Source: a virus. Taken from it: 64,000 nucleotides of DNA. Positions 28,626 through 38,734 of this stretch are shown here, piece by piece. The notes under the pieces were generated by a model, which was not told the DNA's origin, ran no database searches, and worked only from the letters and a program-made list of their open reading frames with translations. The DNA is taken from the IMG/VR virus record IMGVR_UViG_3300043434_000266, positions 14,991-78,990 of that record. One strand, 5' to 3'. Position numbers and translations under genes: made by a program. The stretch's first letter is position 1, and each line of letters opens with the position of its first letter.

Positions 28626-30617
28626 TTAAAATAAAGTTAGTTGTGACTTTTCTTTTTCTTTGCTGATATTCTCGATCTCTTTATAGATCCTCTCTAGATA
28701 GTACTCATCATTAACATCATGGTCATCCCAAGATTTAATCTCAAAAAGATTAAACTCAGTCTGTAACCATTTACCTGCTTCTACACGAGTTTCTCTACCA
28801 TCAGCTTTGTTGACCTTGATAATTTTACAACCTTTGTTGGATACATAGTACCTTACAACAGCTTGTAGTTCTCTATCTTGTCTAACACCTTTTACAAAAC
28901 ATGTTTCTATAAAGATCCAATCACCTTTACGTTTAACACCAATACAATAATCTAGGATATTACGGTTAGTCTGTACGAATACTTCCGGCATAACACTGTG
29001 TACGAAGTAATAATAGATCGCTTTTGGCACTATTAAAGCAGACTTATTCTTGTGTAGCGCTAGATCTGAAAACTCAAATCTACCTTTACATTTGGTAGCA
29101 TTAAAATAATACTTACCGTTTACTTCTTTGAACACGTAATGCGGAGACTTCTTCTTAAGACTATCCCAATCCTCTTTACTTAGTTCTTTCTCTTTGAATA
29201 CGGCGATATAGTTGTTGACATCACCGATAATCATCTTCTCATACTCGTCATGTTCTAACTGCAGCATAGTCATCTCTTCCCACTTAGCACATATTTCAAG
29301 ATACTTATCTTTATAGCTAGCGGGGATTAACATCTCGAGACCATCTGTATTCTGCATGAGTGGTATACTTCCGGGAATACCGTCAGATAACATCTCATAT
29401 AGCATGACTAGACTAAGTTGACCATTGATTGTAATACGCATTGTGAACTCTGGATCATACAAGAAACTATTCTCATCATTACTTAAACCATAAGTACTGT
29501 TAAGTATAATCTTATATACATAGTTCTTTGGATCTTTCTTGGGAATTTTCTTTCTCTCCTCAAAGAACCATTCGTACTGATCGCAGAAATCTTCTTTGGG
29601 TAGATGCGCTGGAGACCACCTATTTCTAATCGCAAGATTAGGATAGAAACTGGTAACGTCTGAAGTCATGATGATCATTCCATCCTTTGCTTCATACACA
29701 CCAGCTTTTGTAGCACCATGCACACCACCCAAACCGAAGTCTGTTTTCACACCTTTATGTGTGACAGAATACTTAAATCCACCTTTTGTATCATTAGGAT
29801 TAATGCTTAAAGCTTTAAACTTCTCATGGATGTTTTTAAACTCTTTGCGATTAAACGTAATGTAATCCAATAGAATGTCTTTAACTACTATAGATTCTCT
29901 AACAGTTCTCAATTGTTTCAGGTCATACTTCTTCATTTGAAGTTTCTTACCCAAGAAATGCAAGAATAACTCTTTAGAAATCTTTGGTTCAGACGCACTG
30001 TACAGATTTATTCCGTACTCATTAGTCAATGCTTTACGCAGCATGATCTGTTCCTTACTCAGGAGCATTACTTGCTTAGTCGCTTTAACGTCATTAATAC
30101 AGTAACTTACAATAGTGTTTATCTGTTCCTTAGTTTTGATCAGAGCACTGTGTTTGATTGGCATATCGCGAACGTTATTCCAATCCATAGAGAATTCGAT
30201 CCATTTAAGACTGGATCTTTTTGCTGGATTATCCCAGTGATTCAACCTGAATACATCAATCTGCTTGATACTTAAAGCACGTTCAGGATACTCAGCAAAC
30301 TCTCCTTTATTAGAGCGATCGATGGTATCCTGTGCTTTAAGATAAAGTATGTGAGCAATGTTCTCTGCAGGTTCATCCAAATAGTATTCACCTTCTCTTA
30401 TGATAAACTCTGTTATCTGAGAGTCAAAGTTAATACCGTTGAATGAGATATGCCACACTTGTTCGTGCTTACACTCTTGTAAGAATTCATAGAGTTGTGG
30501 ATAATCATTCTGCGTCTCGTGTACTACAAATACTTTAGTTTCATCAGACTTGTAATCGATGAACACGGCGACAAAGGCGTTAATTAGGGTTTCATAGTCA
30601 TGTACCCAGTTAGTCAT
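28626..30617 (-). CDS. polB: DNA polymerase family B
   Basis: Exonuclease motifs HDYE and FNGINFD; polymerase motifs SDVTSFYP, YKIILNSTYG, QNTDG. Confidence 0.93.
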   Translation of the reverse strand: MTNWVHDYETLINAFVAVFIDYKSDETKVFVVHETQNDYPQLYEFLQECKHEQVWHISFNGINFDSQITEFIIREGEYYLDEPAENIAHILYLKAQDTIDRSNKGEFAEYPERALSIKQIDVFRLNHWDNPAKRSSLKWIEFSMDWNNVRDMPIKHSALIKTKEQINTIVSYCINDVKATKQVMLLSKEQIMLRKALTNEYGINLYSASEPKISKELFLHFLGKKLQMKKYDLKQLRTVRESIVVKDILLDYITFNRKEFKNIHEKFKALSINPNDTKGGFKYSVTHKGVKTDFGLGGVHGATKAGVYEAKDGMIIMTSDVTSFYPNLAIRNRWSPAHLPKEDFCDQYEWFFEERKKIPKKDPKNYVYKIILNSTYGLSNDENSFLYDPEFTMRITINGQLSLVMLYEMLSDGIPGSIPLMQNTDGLEMLIPASYKDKYLEICAKWEEMTMLQLEHDEYEKMIIGDVNNYIAVFKEKELSKEDWDSLKKKSPHYVFKEVNGKYYFNATKCKGRFEFSDLALHKNKSALIVPKAIYYYFVHSVMPEVFVQTNRNILDYCIGVKRKGDWIFIETCFVKGVRQDRELQAVVRYYVSNKGCKIIKVNKADGRETRVEAGKWLQTEFNLFEIKSWDDHDVNDEYYLERIYKEIENISKEKEKSQLTLF

Positions 30618-30997
30618 TATTCAGCTGCTTGTACTGGTTGAGTAATATAAGTTTCGATATCGAAGGTATCTGCATTGAATGCAAACAACTTCACGAAAGC
30701 ACGAATCTCATCAACATTCTCAATATAGTACTCTTGGAAGGTTTCGATTGTACGACGCTCTTCTTTGTAAGGTTTACCTTCACGAGATGGAGACTTACGC
30801 ATTTCGATATCACCATTAGGATCCAACTTAGGCATCATATGGAAGATATCTTTTTGAACAGCACCGATAACTGCCAACACTTTCATGTCTGCGTCAAAGA
30901 TACATTCTACATAAGGACAATCTACGTGAGTAGGGATCATCTTAAAAGTCTTTCCACTCTTCCAGGTGGAGGTAATTAACATCATGTTACTTGTCAT
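30617..30997 (-). CDS. Hypothetical protein
   Basis: Coupled to polB, biased codon usage, own promoter box upstream. Confidence 0.7.
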   Translation of the reverse strand: MTSNMMLITSTWKSGKTFKMIPTHVDCPYVECIFDADMKVLAVIGAVQKDIFHMMPKLDPNGDIEMRKSPSREGKPYKEERRTIETFQEYYIENVDEIRAFVKLFAFNADTFDIETYITQPVQAAE

Positions 30998-31008
30998 AAT
31001 TTTTGGTT

Positions 31009-31575
31009 TTAAAGGTCAAAGATAGATAAAAATTGTGGTTGCTTAATGTCCGTTACTAGAGTTTCTTTCTCTATATCAATTATGGAACATAGCTCACCTA
31101 CTTCTTCAAGAAGTTCTTTCTCAACATTCAGATACTTAGCGTAGCTTTCAAAATAGTTATCCGGATTAAGATAGCTGTTAATCAGATCTTTATTCTTCGG
31201 ATTGTTATTAAAGAACGCTAATATCTCTGTCTTTAGGTTCTTATCGATTTGAGAATACCTACCTGTTAGTAAGCAATCCCAAAACTTAGGATTGTCACTA
31301 AAATCAAACACATATAATCCTTTATCATCTTCTATCTCATAGAAGTTATGAAATCTAGGATTACCTTGTAGTTTAGATTTCTCAAATGTTCTGAACTCTA
31401 AATCTGTTCTAAGGTGATACAAGCAAACTAATTTATGATCTTCAGGTTCAACTACTCCTTTTATAGAGATATATGTCTCCAAAGGAACTACAGATGAACC
31501 TCTTCTTATACCTAGAAGTGGATATAAAAACATCCTAGATTTCTGAGTATATTTTGTATACAGATTTTTGACCAT
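31009..31575 (-). CDS. Hypothetical protein of the replication cluster
   Basis: 188-aa ORF in the operon; no motif recognised. Confidence 0.7.
   Translation of the reverse strand: MVKNLYTKYTQKSRMFLYPLLGIRRGSSVVPLETYISIKGVVEPEDHKLVCLYHLRTDLEFRTFEKSKLQGNPRFHNFYEIEDDKGLYVFDFSDNPKFWDCLLTGRYSQIDKNLKTEILAFFNNNPKNKDLINSYLNPDNYFESYAKYLNVEKELLEEVGELCSIIDIEKETLVTDIKQPQFLSIFDL
31017..31024 (-). promoter_or_regulatory. Bacteroidota sigma -7 box (TATCTTTG)
   Basis: TAnnTTTG about 20 nt upstream of the 30997 start. Confidence 0.5.
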
Positions 31576-31585
31576 GTTTTAGTCT

Positions 31586-32554
31586 TTACAGGGTTACTTT
31601 ATTTACAATGTAATCATAAGGTAGATCATACCTTCTATTAGTATAATGGAATTCAGCTTTCTTTATTACCTCGTCTAAGTTCCAGATCCAGCTATGCAAT
31701 GTAGCAGCACAAACAGGAAACGCGAATACCTGTTGGTACTTATCAATAACTATGAAATTAAATCTGATGTCTTTGACATTAGGGTACTTTGCTTGTATCA
31801 ACTTGTAATACATAGCAGCCTGCATCCAATACTTGTAATAGTCTACAGTTTCTCTAAACTCACTAATGGTCTTACCAGTAGTTTTAAAGTCGTTAATAGT
31901 GACACTATTAGTTTCAGGATCGTAAACATAGTTGTCTATGATACCTTTTAAACCAAAACCATACTTAGTATCAGCTTCAAGTGCAACTTCACTGTGACTG
32001 TTAGAACCACCTAACTGCAGTAAACATGTAACTGATTCATTACTAAGGATGATTTCAACGTATCCTTTAAGTTTATCATAGGTCTCTTGGTCTATAACAG
32101 TCTTCGATCCCTTTGATTTGAGAAACTCATAATAAGAAATATTCTCTGCAGTGAGTATTTTATCTACACGTTGTTGGTCAGTCTTAAGACTTTGGTGTAG
32201 ATTAATCTCTCTTAGAATATCAAGTATGATTGCCTCATGTGTGGACAAAGATAATGCTTCGCACCCATCTTGGCAAGATAGAGCATACACTTTGTCAATA
32301 ACTTTCTTTGCATTGTCCCCAGGTAGACTGTTTGGAGATACTACGAATAGATCATCAAACTTCTCCTGTTCTAATAGTAAACAATGAAGAGCTCGACCCT
32401 CAACTAAATGAGAGTCAAGCCTATCTTCACGTTCACCAAGTATGTAATGTTTATAAAAAGTGTTCGGTACAAACATTAGTTTGTTCAGACTGCTGTAGCT
32501 GAACTGAAACTTCTTGCTGTAGAACCTCTCCTCCGCTTGGAAATCCGTCATCAT
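31586..32554 (-). CDS. PD-(D/E)xK exonuclease (RecE/ExoVIII-like)
   Basis: FSYSSL..GRALHCLLLE..SEV..LKGIIDN..INDFKTT..YWMQAAMY. Confidence 0.85.
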   Translation of the reverse strand: MMTDFQAEERFYSKKFQFSYSSLNKLMFVPNTFYKHYILGEREDRLDSHLVEGRALHCLLLEQEKFDDLFVVSPNSLPGDNAKKVIDKVYALSCQDGCEALSLSTHEAIILDILREINLHQSLKTDQQRVDKILTAENISYYEFLKSKGSKTVIDQETYDKLKGYVEIILSNESVTCLLQLGGSNSHSEVALEADTKYGFGLKGIIDNYVYDPETNSVTINDFKTTGKTISEFRETVDYYKYWMQAAMYYKLIQAKYPNVKDIRFNFIVIDKYQQVFAFPVCAATLHSWIWNLDEVIKKAEFHYTNRRYDLPYDYIVNKVTL

Positions 32555-33614
32555 CTGTTTTTAATTTTGATTGTAATTTTTTCATTGCCTCATCTGTGAA
32601 TCTATAACTAGTAAAAGTTATGTTATCACTACTAGCACTAAACTCTTCAGCACCCAACTCATACAAGAAATCAATAGTATCTTGAGTAACAGCATCTTTG
32701 TCTATAACAGTTCTAAAGATATCATCATAATTCGTACGTAGTTGATACCTCATGTTACTACCTAAGTAGTTAATAAAACCTTTGAAAGCTACAGTCTTAC
32801 GAACTGAGTTATCCCACATAGTTCTATTGTGTCTACGGCATAGTTCTAAGATATATACTAAACTCTTTTGATAGTTACAGTTAGCAATGATGGTCATAGC
32901 TACAGTATGATTACTATTATCAGTACTCTTAAACATAGCATCTAAAGATTCAAAAGCTTCTCTATCAATAATAGATTCACCCATCAAGTCTAGTATAACT
33001 TGCTGATCATATACATTACCGTTACCACTAACTACATTCTGAAATAGCTCATTGTTATCTAAATCTACTTTCTTAATAATAGCTAAACTACTAGTAAACT
33101 CAAAGAATCTTTCTGACCAACCACTTATCGTAAAATATTTTCTGTCAATAGCACTAATCATTGGGTTTCTAATAGAATCCTTTATATAACAATGTGTAAT
33201 ATTATTAATATCAACAGGGTGTACAAAAGCATTTTTCTGAATACCCACATTATCAAAACCTTTGATCATACTACCGATCTCAAAAGGAATCATATCAACA
33301 AAGTACTTAGCATTAGTAATAACTACATCAGCTTTGCTTTGATCTCTTGTAACTTTCATGTTGTGCTTATCTAAGAGACTTTTAAGTTTCTCCCTAGATA
33401 CATCACACTTAGCTGTAAAGAAAATAGTTTTTACATTAGTCAAGTCCAGCTTTTTATCAGCCGTAAACTTTTTATACTCTTGTCTCATATAGTTTTGAAA
33501 ACCCCAATATCTATCGTGGTCTACAACTTGTACATCTTGAGTATCTACACTGTGAATCATACCATTCTGAATATCTATATCATTCAGAATCTTTATTGTC
33601 TTGTACTTGAACAT
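32451..33614 (-). CDS. BRCT-like domain protein with the shared helical motif (paralog B)
   Basis: TIFFTAKCDVSREKLKSLLDKHNMKVTRDQSKADVVI; IDREAFESLDAMFKSTDNSNHTVA. Confidence 0.55.
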   Translation of the reverse strand: MFKYKTIKILNDIDIQNGMIHSVDTQDVQVVDHDRYWGFQNYMRQEYKKFTADKKLDLTNVKTIFFTAKCDVSREKLKSLLDKHNMKVTRDQSKADVVITNAKYFVDMIPFEIGSMIKGFDNVGIQKNAFVHPVDINNITHCYIKDSIRNPMISAIDRKYFTISGWSERFFEFTSSLAIIKKVDLDNNELFQNVVSGNGNVYDQQVILDLMGESIIDREAFESLDAMFKSTDNSNHTVAMTIIANCNYQKSLVYILELCRRHNRTMWDNSVRKTVAFKGFINYLGSNMRYQLRTNYDDIFRTVIDKDAVTQDTIDFLYELGAEEFSASSDNITFTSYRFTDEAMKKLQSKLKTDDDGFPSGGEVLQQEVSVQLQQSEQTNVCTEHFL

Positions 33615-34752
33615 AAGTTAAATTGTGTTTTTTTGCGTATTCTTCAAAGGTATCTTTAGCAGTAACTTGTATGTTTAATATATCAGATCTGTCATCAAAC
33701 CTACGGTCAACATCATCTATAGTACCTATAAGAATCTTTGACATGATATCATTATAAAGTTCTTCAGTTACCTGATCTCTCTTTGTAAGAAGAGATAAGA
33801 TCTCTATGCTATTGCAGTTATACAATATATGTACATCATTAGTGTCTATGAACAATCTACCTTCCTTTAGTCTCCTGTTTTCACTATTAGTAATATGATA
33901 ATAGTGTTTCTTAACAAGCTTATATAGAAGATACATAGACTTACTACAGTCAGTGTTAAATAAAATTTTAGATGCTGTAAGACTATCCTCATCAGATGGA
34001 CTACTATACATCATATCTAATGCATCAAACATCTGCTCATCCAAAGCAACTTGATCAGAACACGTAGCAATAAAATGCTCTTGTGTAATAACCGGTAACT
34101 TTTTAGATAGGATATTGTATACAAGTTCAACACCTTCTGCTGTCATCAAGTATCCTGTCTTCTTTTCATTAACAGTAGAGGCGTAAGTAGATTGATTAAA
34201 CTCATATATCAAAGCACCAGATATAAGTATGTTATCTGTAGGTCCTATCTTAGTCTCAGGTTCTACATCAAAAGTCACGAATGTATTCTTGTTCTTAATG
34301 AAATTAATAGTAGTTTCATCATAACCTAGAACTTTATAATCACCTTTAGAAGCAAAGCATGCGTCTGGAATCTGATACTTGTATGCATCATAGTCTCCAT
34401 TCTCAAGCATGTTCTTTTCTGTACCTAGTACACATGTTGCTTTCTCTATATCTGTTACAATAGATATGTCTTTTGATCTACAATATTCCTTGATTTTATA
34501 ACCAGGAATTTTAGAGTCGGGAAGTACGTATAACTTATCTCCTGCAGTAGGGGTAAAGGTATCACTCCCCTTAAGGAGTGACACCATTTTACCAAAACTA
34601 GCTTCTGATATTACACATACATCCGCAACCTCTATAGGACTAGTATATGTACCTGGTGTTAGCATGTACACATACTTACCTACCATCTCAACAAATCTTA
34701 GTTTGTTAGGAATAGTAGGATCACTAAAAGGTTTATGGATGTTTCTTTGCAT
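33580..34752 (-). CDS. BRCT-like domain protein with the shared helical motif (paralog A)
   Basis: KLYVLPDSKIPGYKIKEYCRSKDISIVTDIEKATCVLG; LDEQMFDALDMMYSSPSDEDSLTA. Confidence 0.55.
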   Translation of the reverse strand: MQRNIHKPFSDPTIPNKLRFVEMVGKYVYMLTPGTYTSPIEVADVCVISEASFGKMVSLLKGSDTFTPTAGDKLYVLPDSKIPGYKIKEYCRSKDISIVTDIEKATCVLGTEKNMLENGDYDAYKYQIPDACFASKGDYKVLGYDETTINFIKNKNTFVTFDVEPETKIGPTDNILISGALIYEFNQSTYASTVNEKKTGYLMTAEGVELVYNILSKKLPVITQEHFIATCSDQVALDEQMFDALDMMYSSPSDEDSLTASKILFNTDCSKSMYLLYKLVKKHYYHITNSENRRLKEGRLFIDTNDVHILYNCNSIEILSLLTKRDQVTEELYNDIMSKILIGTIDDVDRRFDDRSDILNIQVTAKDTFEEYAKKHNLTYVQVQDNKDSE

Positions 34753-35939
34753 TACTTTACAGTCATTTTAATAACCTCGGGGTTGAGCATGAGCTTGGAA
34801 AATTTACCTTTGTTACCATTAAGGATACCCTTAACCATGTAATACTTAAGATCATTACTGAAGATATCATCAGTAATCAAATTAGTAATACGGTCAATCA
34901 TACCTTGGGTTACCGTGTTGTTATTTGCATAGTGTACTGCGTAGTTGATAACACGAGTGGTCATCAAGCTAGCAATGTCAGCACGGTAGTTATTACCCTC
35001 ACCAACACAAGACTTAAGTTGTCCCTTGATATATTCCCAACTATTGTTAGTCAATACATCTTTAGGAGTTACCAACTTATCCAACTTGTTGTTAATGAAC
35101 ATAGTAAACATAGTAGCAAACTCACCACCTACAGAACCTTCACCAATCATCTGGATAATAGGAAGACTTTCTTCAAAGCTTTCTAAACTAGAGATAGAGT
35201 TAAAGAATGTAGTAAAGCTACGCGCATTAGCACGCTTCTCTGTCAACTCTGGGTGCAACAACATAAAGTTAATACAACGAGTATCTATCTCATTCTCCTC
35301 TGCCCAACGTGCCCAGCACTCAAGATCAAACTTCAAATAGCTTGTAATAAAGCGAGTCTTCTGAGCCTCATCCAAAGATGTTACTTGATAGTCACCATTA
35401 TCAGGATTACTAGTTAAGATAACTGTCCATCCTTTTGGTAGTTTCCATGATACATACTCCTGACGGTCAATGATCTCCATAGTAGCTTGCATGAACCTAG
35501 CATCTGCACGAGTATAGTCATCAAGAATTAAGAGACCGTTCTCTCCCTTACCTTGAATCCATTCTGGTGCAGCATGTGTCATACGCTTTTCTCCAGTAGG
35601 TACATACTTCTGTTGGATATACATTGGCATAACGTTCTCAGGAATCCACTTCGTAACCTTCTGTCCGTCATCTGTAGTCTTAGTAACCTGAAATTCTTTA
35701 ATAGGAAAACCTACTAAGTCACCCAACTCCTCGAGCTGACTCAAAGACAACTTTACATAATCCATGTTGTGGTCCTTTGTGAACTGCAGAATAGTAGTAG
35801 TCTTACCAATACCTGCTTCACCCTCAATATTTACAGCTACAGGAATCTTACCATTCTCCTGTAGATACTTATTATTATTTACAACGTGAGATACAAACTG
35901 CTTTAACTCATCTGTGTTTAATTGTACTTGCTTAGCCAT
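34752..35939 (-). CDS. MoxR/AAA_5-like AAA+ ATPase
   Basis: Walker A GEAGIGKT, DLVGFP, Walker B LLILDDY, ILTSNP, LDEAQKTRF. Confidence 0.88.
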   Translation of the reverse strand: MAKQVQLNTDELKQFVSHVVNNNKYLQENGKIPVAVNIEGEAGIGKTTTILQFTKDHNMDYVKLSLSQLEELGDLVGFPIKEFQVTKTTDDGQKVTKWIPENVMPMYIQQKYVPTGEKRMTHAAPEWIQGKGENGLLILDDYTRADARFMQATMEIIDRQEYVSWKLPKGWTVILTSNPDNGDYQVTSLDEAQKTRFITSYLKFDLECWARWAEENEIDTRCINFMLLHPELTEKRANARSFTTFFNSISSLESFEESLPIIQMIGEGSVGGEFATMFTMFINNKLDKLVTPKDVLTNNSWEYIKGQLKSCVGEGNNYRADIASLMTTRVINYAVHYANNNTVTQGMIDRITNLITDDIFSNDLKYYMVKGILNGNKGKFSKLMLNPEVIKMTVK

Positions 35940-35952
35940 TTTCTTTAATTTT

Positions 35953-37143
35953 TTAATTCAACTTGATTTGTGGTCCCGGAAGACTACTGTTAATTTCACC
36001 ACGGGTAGATATTACCCACAACATTTTACCTCTCGGTTTTACATCTGTGTGACATTCACCATCTGTTAGATAGAACATACACGTATACTTTCTTGTATTC
36101 TCATTGTAATACTCTAGAACTGGATCAAAGTCAGTACCTCCACGACCGTGTAACACGATGTCTTGGTTAGGTTTGAACTTCTCAATACTTCTAATAGTAG
36201 TATCACACTGTAAGACGGTTACTTCACTACCAGTTTTATGTATGTGATGTATCTCATTAAGGAACTCCTTAACTTCCTTATCACTTACAGAACCACTAGT
36301 ATCTATAGCAACCAACAAGTGTCTCTTGTTTTTAATCTTGAGACCAGGATTTTCATCAAACCTTCTGTTTTCTTTACGTCTTAGTTTCTTAGTAAAGATC
36401 TCACTAGATCCTCCTGCAAATCTTCTAACATAACTACGCCAGTCAAACTTTGGAGGTTCAACATGTCTAAGTCTTTGAATAATACCTTGGAACTCTCCGG
36501 GAATAGTACCCCTAGATTTTTCTACAGTTTCTGCAATCTCTTTAAGAATGTGTGCTGTCTGTGATTCAAGCAATTTCTTTTCTGCTTCAGACAAATCTTC
36601 AAAATCTTTCCATGTACCGTGATCAGGATTAATAGTGCCGTCGCCATGTGCTTCACCTTCACCCATACCAGCCATGTCAGATATCTTACCACCATTACCA
36701 GACTGTTGTTCTTCTTCCATAGCTTTCATCAAGAGTTTGTAATACTCCCGACAACCTGCTTTAGGTGGTAGATTATATTCCGAGAATGACTCTAGAGTAC
36801 ATCCTCCGTCTGGTAAATCTTCTGCATCAATGAACTGATTAATCTCAATGTCCATAGCAATATTTGCTACTCTCTTATTTTGAAATTCATCTTGACATTG
36901 AATATGGAAGAAACCAATATGCAATAACTCGTGCTTAAGTAAACCTCTCTTGTGATTATCACTGAGAGAGTTCCAAAAGTCTTCATTAATAGTAAGCTGA
37001 AAGTTCACTCCATTCTTACTCACACCAGCGGTGGGGACTCTCTTGTCCCACACCTTATTTAAGCTGAGTATAAGTAAACCATAGAATGGTTCTTTAAGCA
37101 TTAGTTCTTTACTGACCTTCGCCAGTGAATCTTGTTTTGTCAT
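35953..37143 (-). CDS. DUF2201-type metallopeptidase fused to a vWA domain
   Basis: LLKHELLH..NIAMDIEIN; MIDAS IDTSGSV, GRGGTDF, LTDG. Confidence 0.9.
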   Translation of the reverse strand: MTKQDSLAKVSKELMLKEPFYGLLILSLNKVWDKRVPTAGVSKNGVNFQLTINEDFWNSLSDNHKRGLLKHELLHIGFFHIQCQDEFQNKRVANIAMDIEINQFIDAEDLPDGGCTLESFSEYNLPPKAGCREYYKLLMKAMEEEQQSGNGGKISDMAGMGEGEAHGDGTINPDHGTWKDFEDLSEAEKKLLESQTAHILKEIAETVEKSRGTIPGEFQGIIQRLRHVEPPKFDWRSYVRRFAGGSSEIFTKKLRRKENRRFDENPGLKIKNKRHLLVAIDTSGSVSDKEVKEFLNEIHHIHKTGSEVTVLQCDTTIRSIEKFKPNQDIVLHGRGGTDFDPVLEYYNENTRKYTCMFYLTDGECHTDVKPRGKMLWVISTRGEINSSLPGPQIKLN

Positions 37144-37606
37144 GTGGTACTAGTTTTAAGTCCATGCTTTTTACAAATGTGAAACCCCATTGTAGAAGGT
37201 GATCCTTCAATGCATCTGCAAATCTTCCTAAGAAGAAGTTCATAGCAACAGCATCAGTATTTATTCTGGTAAGTTCTTCGTACATTGAGTTGTAGTTTAA
37301 CTTATCAGCTTGATTAGTACATGTTTGTATCATAGTTCTAATCTCATGATTAAAACTACATGACCCTACATCTGTAACAGCCTCACCAAACAACTCTGTT
37401 CTAAAAGGATTATTATCTCTTTTTAGTTTTGCTTCTGCATCTTTTGCAAGCAACAAGATATATGGAGCATTCTTTTGAAAATCTACAGCTTCAATAATAC
37501 TAACAGCAACTTGTACATTATCCCTATCAGGACTACATAACATATCAAGCACTCTGTCATACGTGGAATCATTGAGGATAATAACCTCATCTAAAGTTTT
37601 AGTCAT
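37109..37606 (-). CDS. Stand-alone protein carrying the helical motif shared with the two BRCT-like genes (paralog C)
   Basis: LNDSTYDRVLDMLCSPDRDNVQVAVSIIEAVDFQKNAPYILLL. Confidence 0.6.
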   Translation of the reverse strand: MTKTLDEVIILNDSTYDRVLDMLCSPDRDNVQVAVSIIEAVDFQKNAPYILLLAKDAEAKLKRDNNPFRTELFGEAVTDVGSCSFNHEIRTMIQTCTNQADKLNYNSMYEELTRINTDAVAMNFFLGRFADALKDHLLQWGFTFVKSMDLKLVPHDKTRFTGEGQ

Positions 37607-37946
37607 CTATTTTCATTGTTTTAATCATCCATAGAGGATGTTCGTTAGACTTCATTGCGAGTATCCACTCTTTTGCTGAGGGTATGTAGTTATTACAATC
37701 CTCTTTTACATGTTGTTCACCTACATAGCGAACCATTACTTTTTTACCTACTGAGTTTGTGAAGTATTCACCGAATATACTTTCTGCTTCGAATATACCT
37801 TCTGAATGATGTCTAAACATACGGTGATCAGAATGACCAACCCATCCTTTAGTAGCATCAAACCAGTTATGAATATGTGAGTACTCTGATGGATGACCTC
37901 CCCACTTCTTTGCACTAGAACGTGCATGATCATAAGGATGTGCCAT
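37599..37946 (-). CDS. His-rich DUF6915-like protein
   Basis: HPYDHARSSAKKWGG..IHNWFD..HRMFRHHSEGI..VGEQHVKED. Confidence 0.7.
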   Translation of the reverse strand: MAHPYDHARSSAKKWGGHPSEYSHIHNWFDATKGWVGHSDHRMFRHHSEGIFEAESIFGEYFTNSVGKKVMVRYVGEQHVKEDCNNYIPSAKEWILAMKSNEHPLWMIKTMKIDD

Positions 37947-37947
37947 A

Positions 37948-38307
37948 CTAGTTTATGTCATCTATATCAAGTGTTCCATCTTGAAATGCTTCTCTAGCTT
38001 CCATTACATAACCATGAACATCATACTCTAAAGTATTAATATCAAAATAAACAGTACCACTACCGCCATCATTGTTATACCAGTCATAGTCGTATTTAGT
38101 ACTTAAGATTTCATACATAAAGTTTTCTACACGGTCATGAAAATCACCAAGGTCTATATGATCACCTTCAGTATTCTCAGCATATACAGTATCTATAGCA
38201 CCGGAGTCACCTCCCCCACTATACTCGGCAACTAGTTTCTCAACACCTAAATCTTTTAGTCCAGAGAAGAACATTGCTTTATCTAGATCATCATTAAATA
38301 TACTCAT
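37948..38307 (-). CDS. Acidic DUF6878-like protein
   Basis: YSGGGDSGAI..DWYNNDGGSGTVYFD. Confidence 0.6.
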   Translation of the reverse strand: MSIFNDDLDKAMFFSGLKDLGVEKLVAEYSGGGDSGAIDTVYAENTEGDHIDLGDFHDRVENFMYEILSTKYDYDWYNNDGGSGTVYFDINTLEYDVHGYVMEAREAFQDGTLDIDDIN

Positions 38308-38311
38308 ACAA

Positions 38312-38734
38312 TTAATATTTTTGTTTATAAAAACGTCCTAGGATATTACCATTCAGATAGAAGTCTGATTCTAGTACACCCTTGACAAACTGATACTTGG
38401 TTTCCATGTATGTTAGTTCTGTTTTAGAATAACATATGTGTAAGATGTTCCTCTTAATAGGAACTTTATCTTTGTGAGCTTGCTTAAGTACTACGTTACT
38501 ACTAAAGTAGTTCTCGTAATTTAACTTAGAAGTCTTCACGTAATTCTTTTTACGCTTATCTACAGGTGCGTTCTTCTTTGCAAGTTTCTTTTTGGTAACT
38601 AATGCAAAGTTCTTTTTACCTATATAAGCCACAGACTTACCGTCTATGATTGCTGTCATTTCATATATGAAACCAACAGCACCTTCAGGTATCATCTCAG
38701 GTGTAAATACTACACCTTTATAAATCCAACTCAT
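38312..38734 (-). CDS. GIY-YIG-like nuclease
   Basis: GFIY...YIGKK...YFSS...E...YLNGNI. Confidence 0.7.
   Translation of the reverse strand: MSWIYKGVVFTPEMIPEGAVGFIYEMTAIIDGKSVAYIGKKNFALVTKKKLAKKNAPVDKRKKNYVKTSKLNYENYFSSNVVLKQAHKDKVPIKRNILHICYSKTELTYMETKYQFVKGVLESDFYLNGNILGRFYKQKY

Noticed and set aside
5945-30617. Inteins or introns in the RNAP or PolB
   Set aside because: No C..HN intein ends or LAGLIDADG motifs noticed; catalytic motifs are contiguous.
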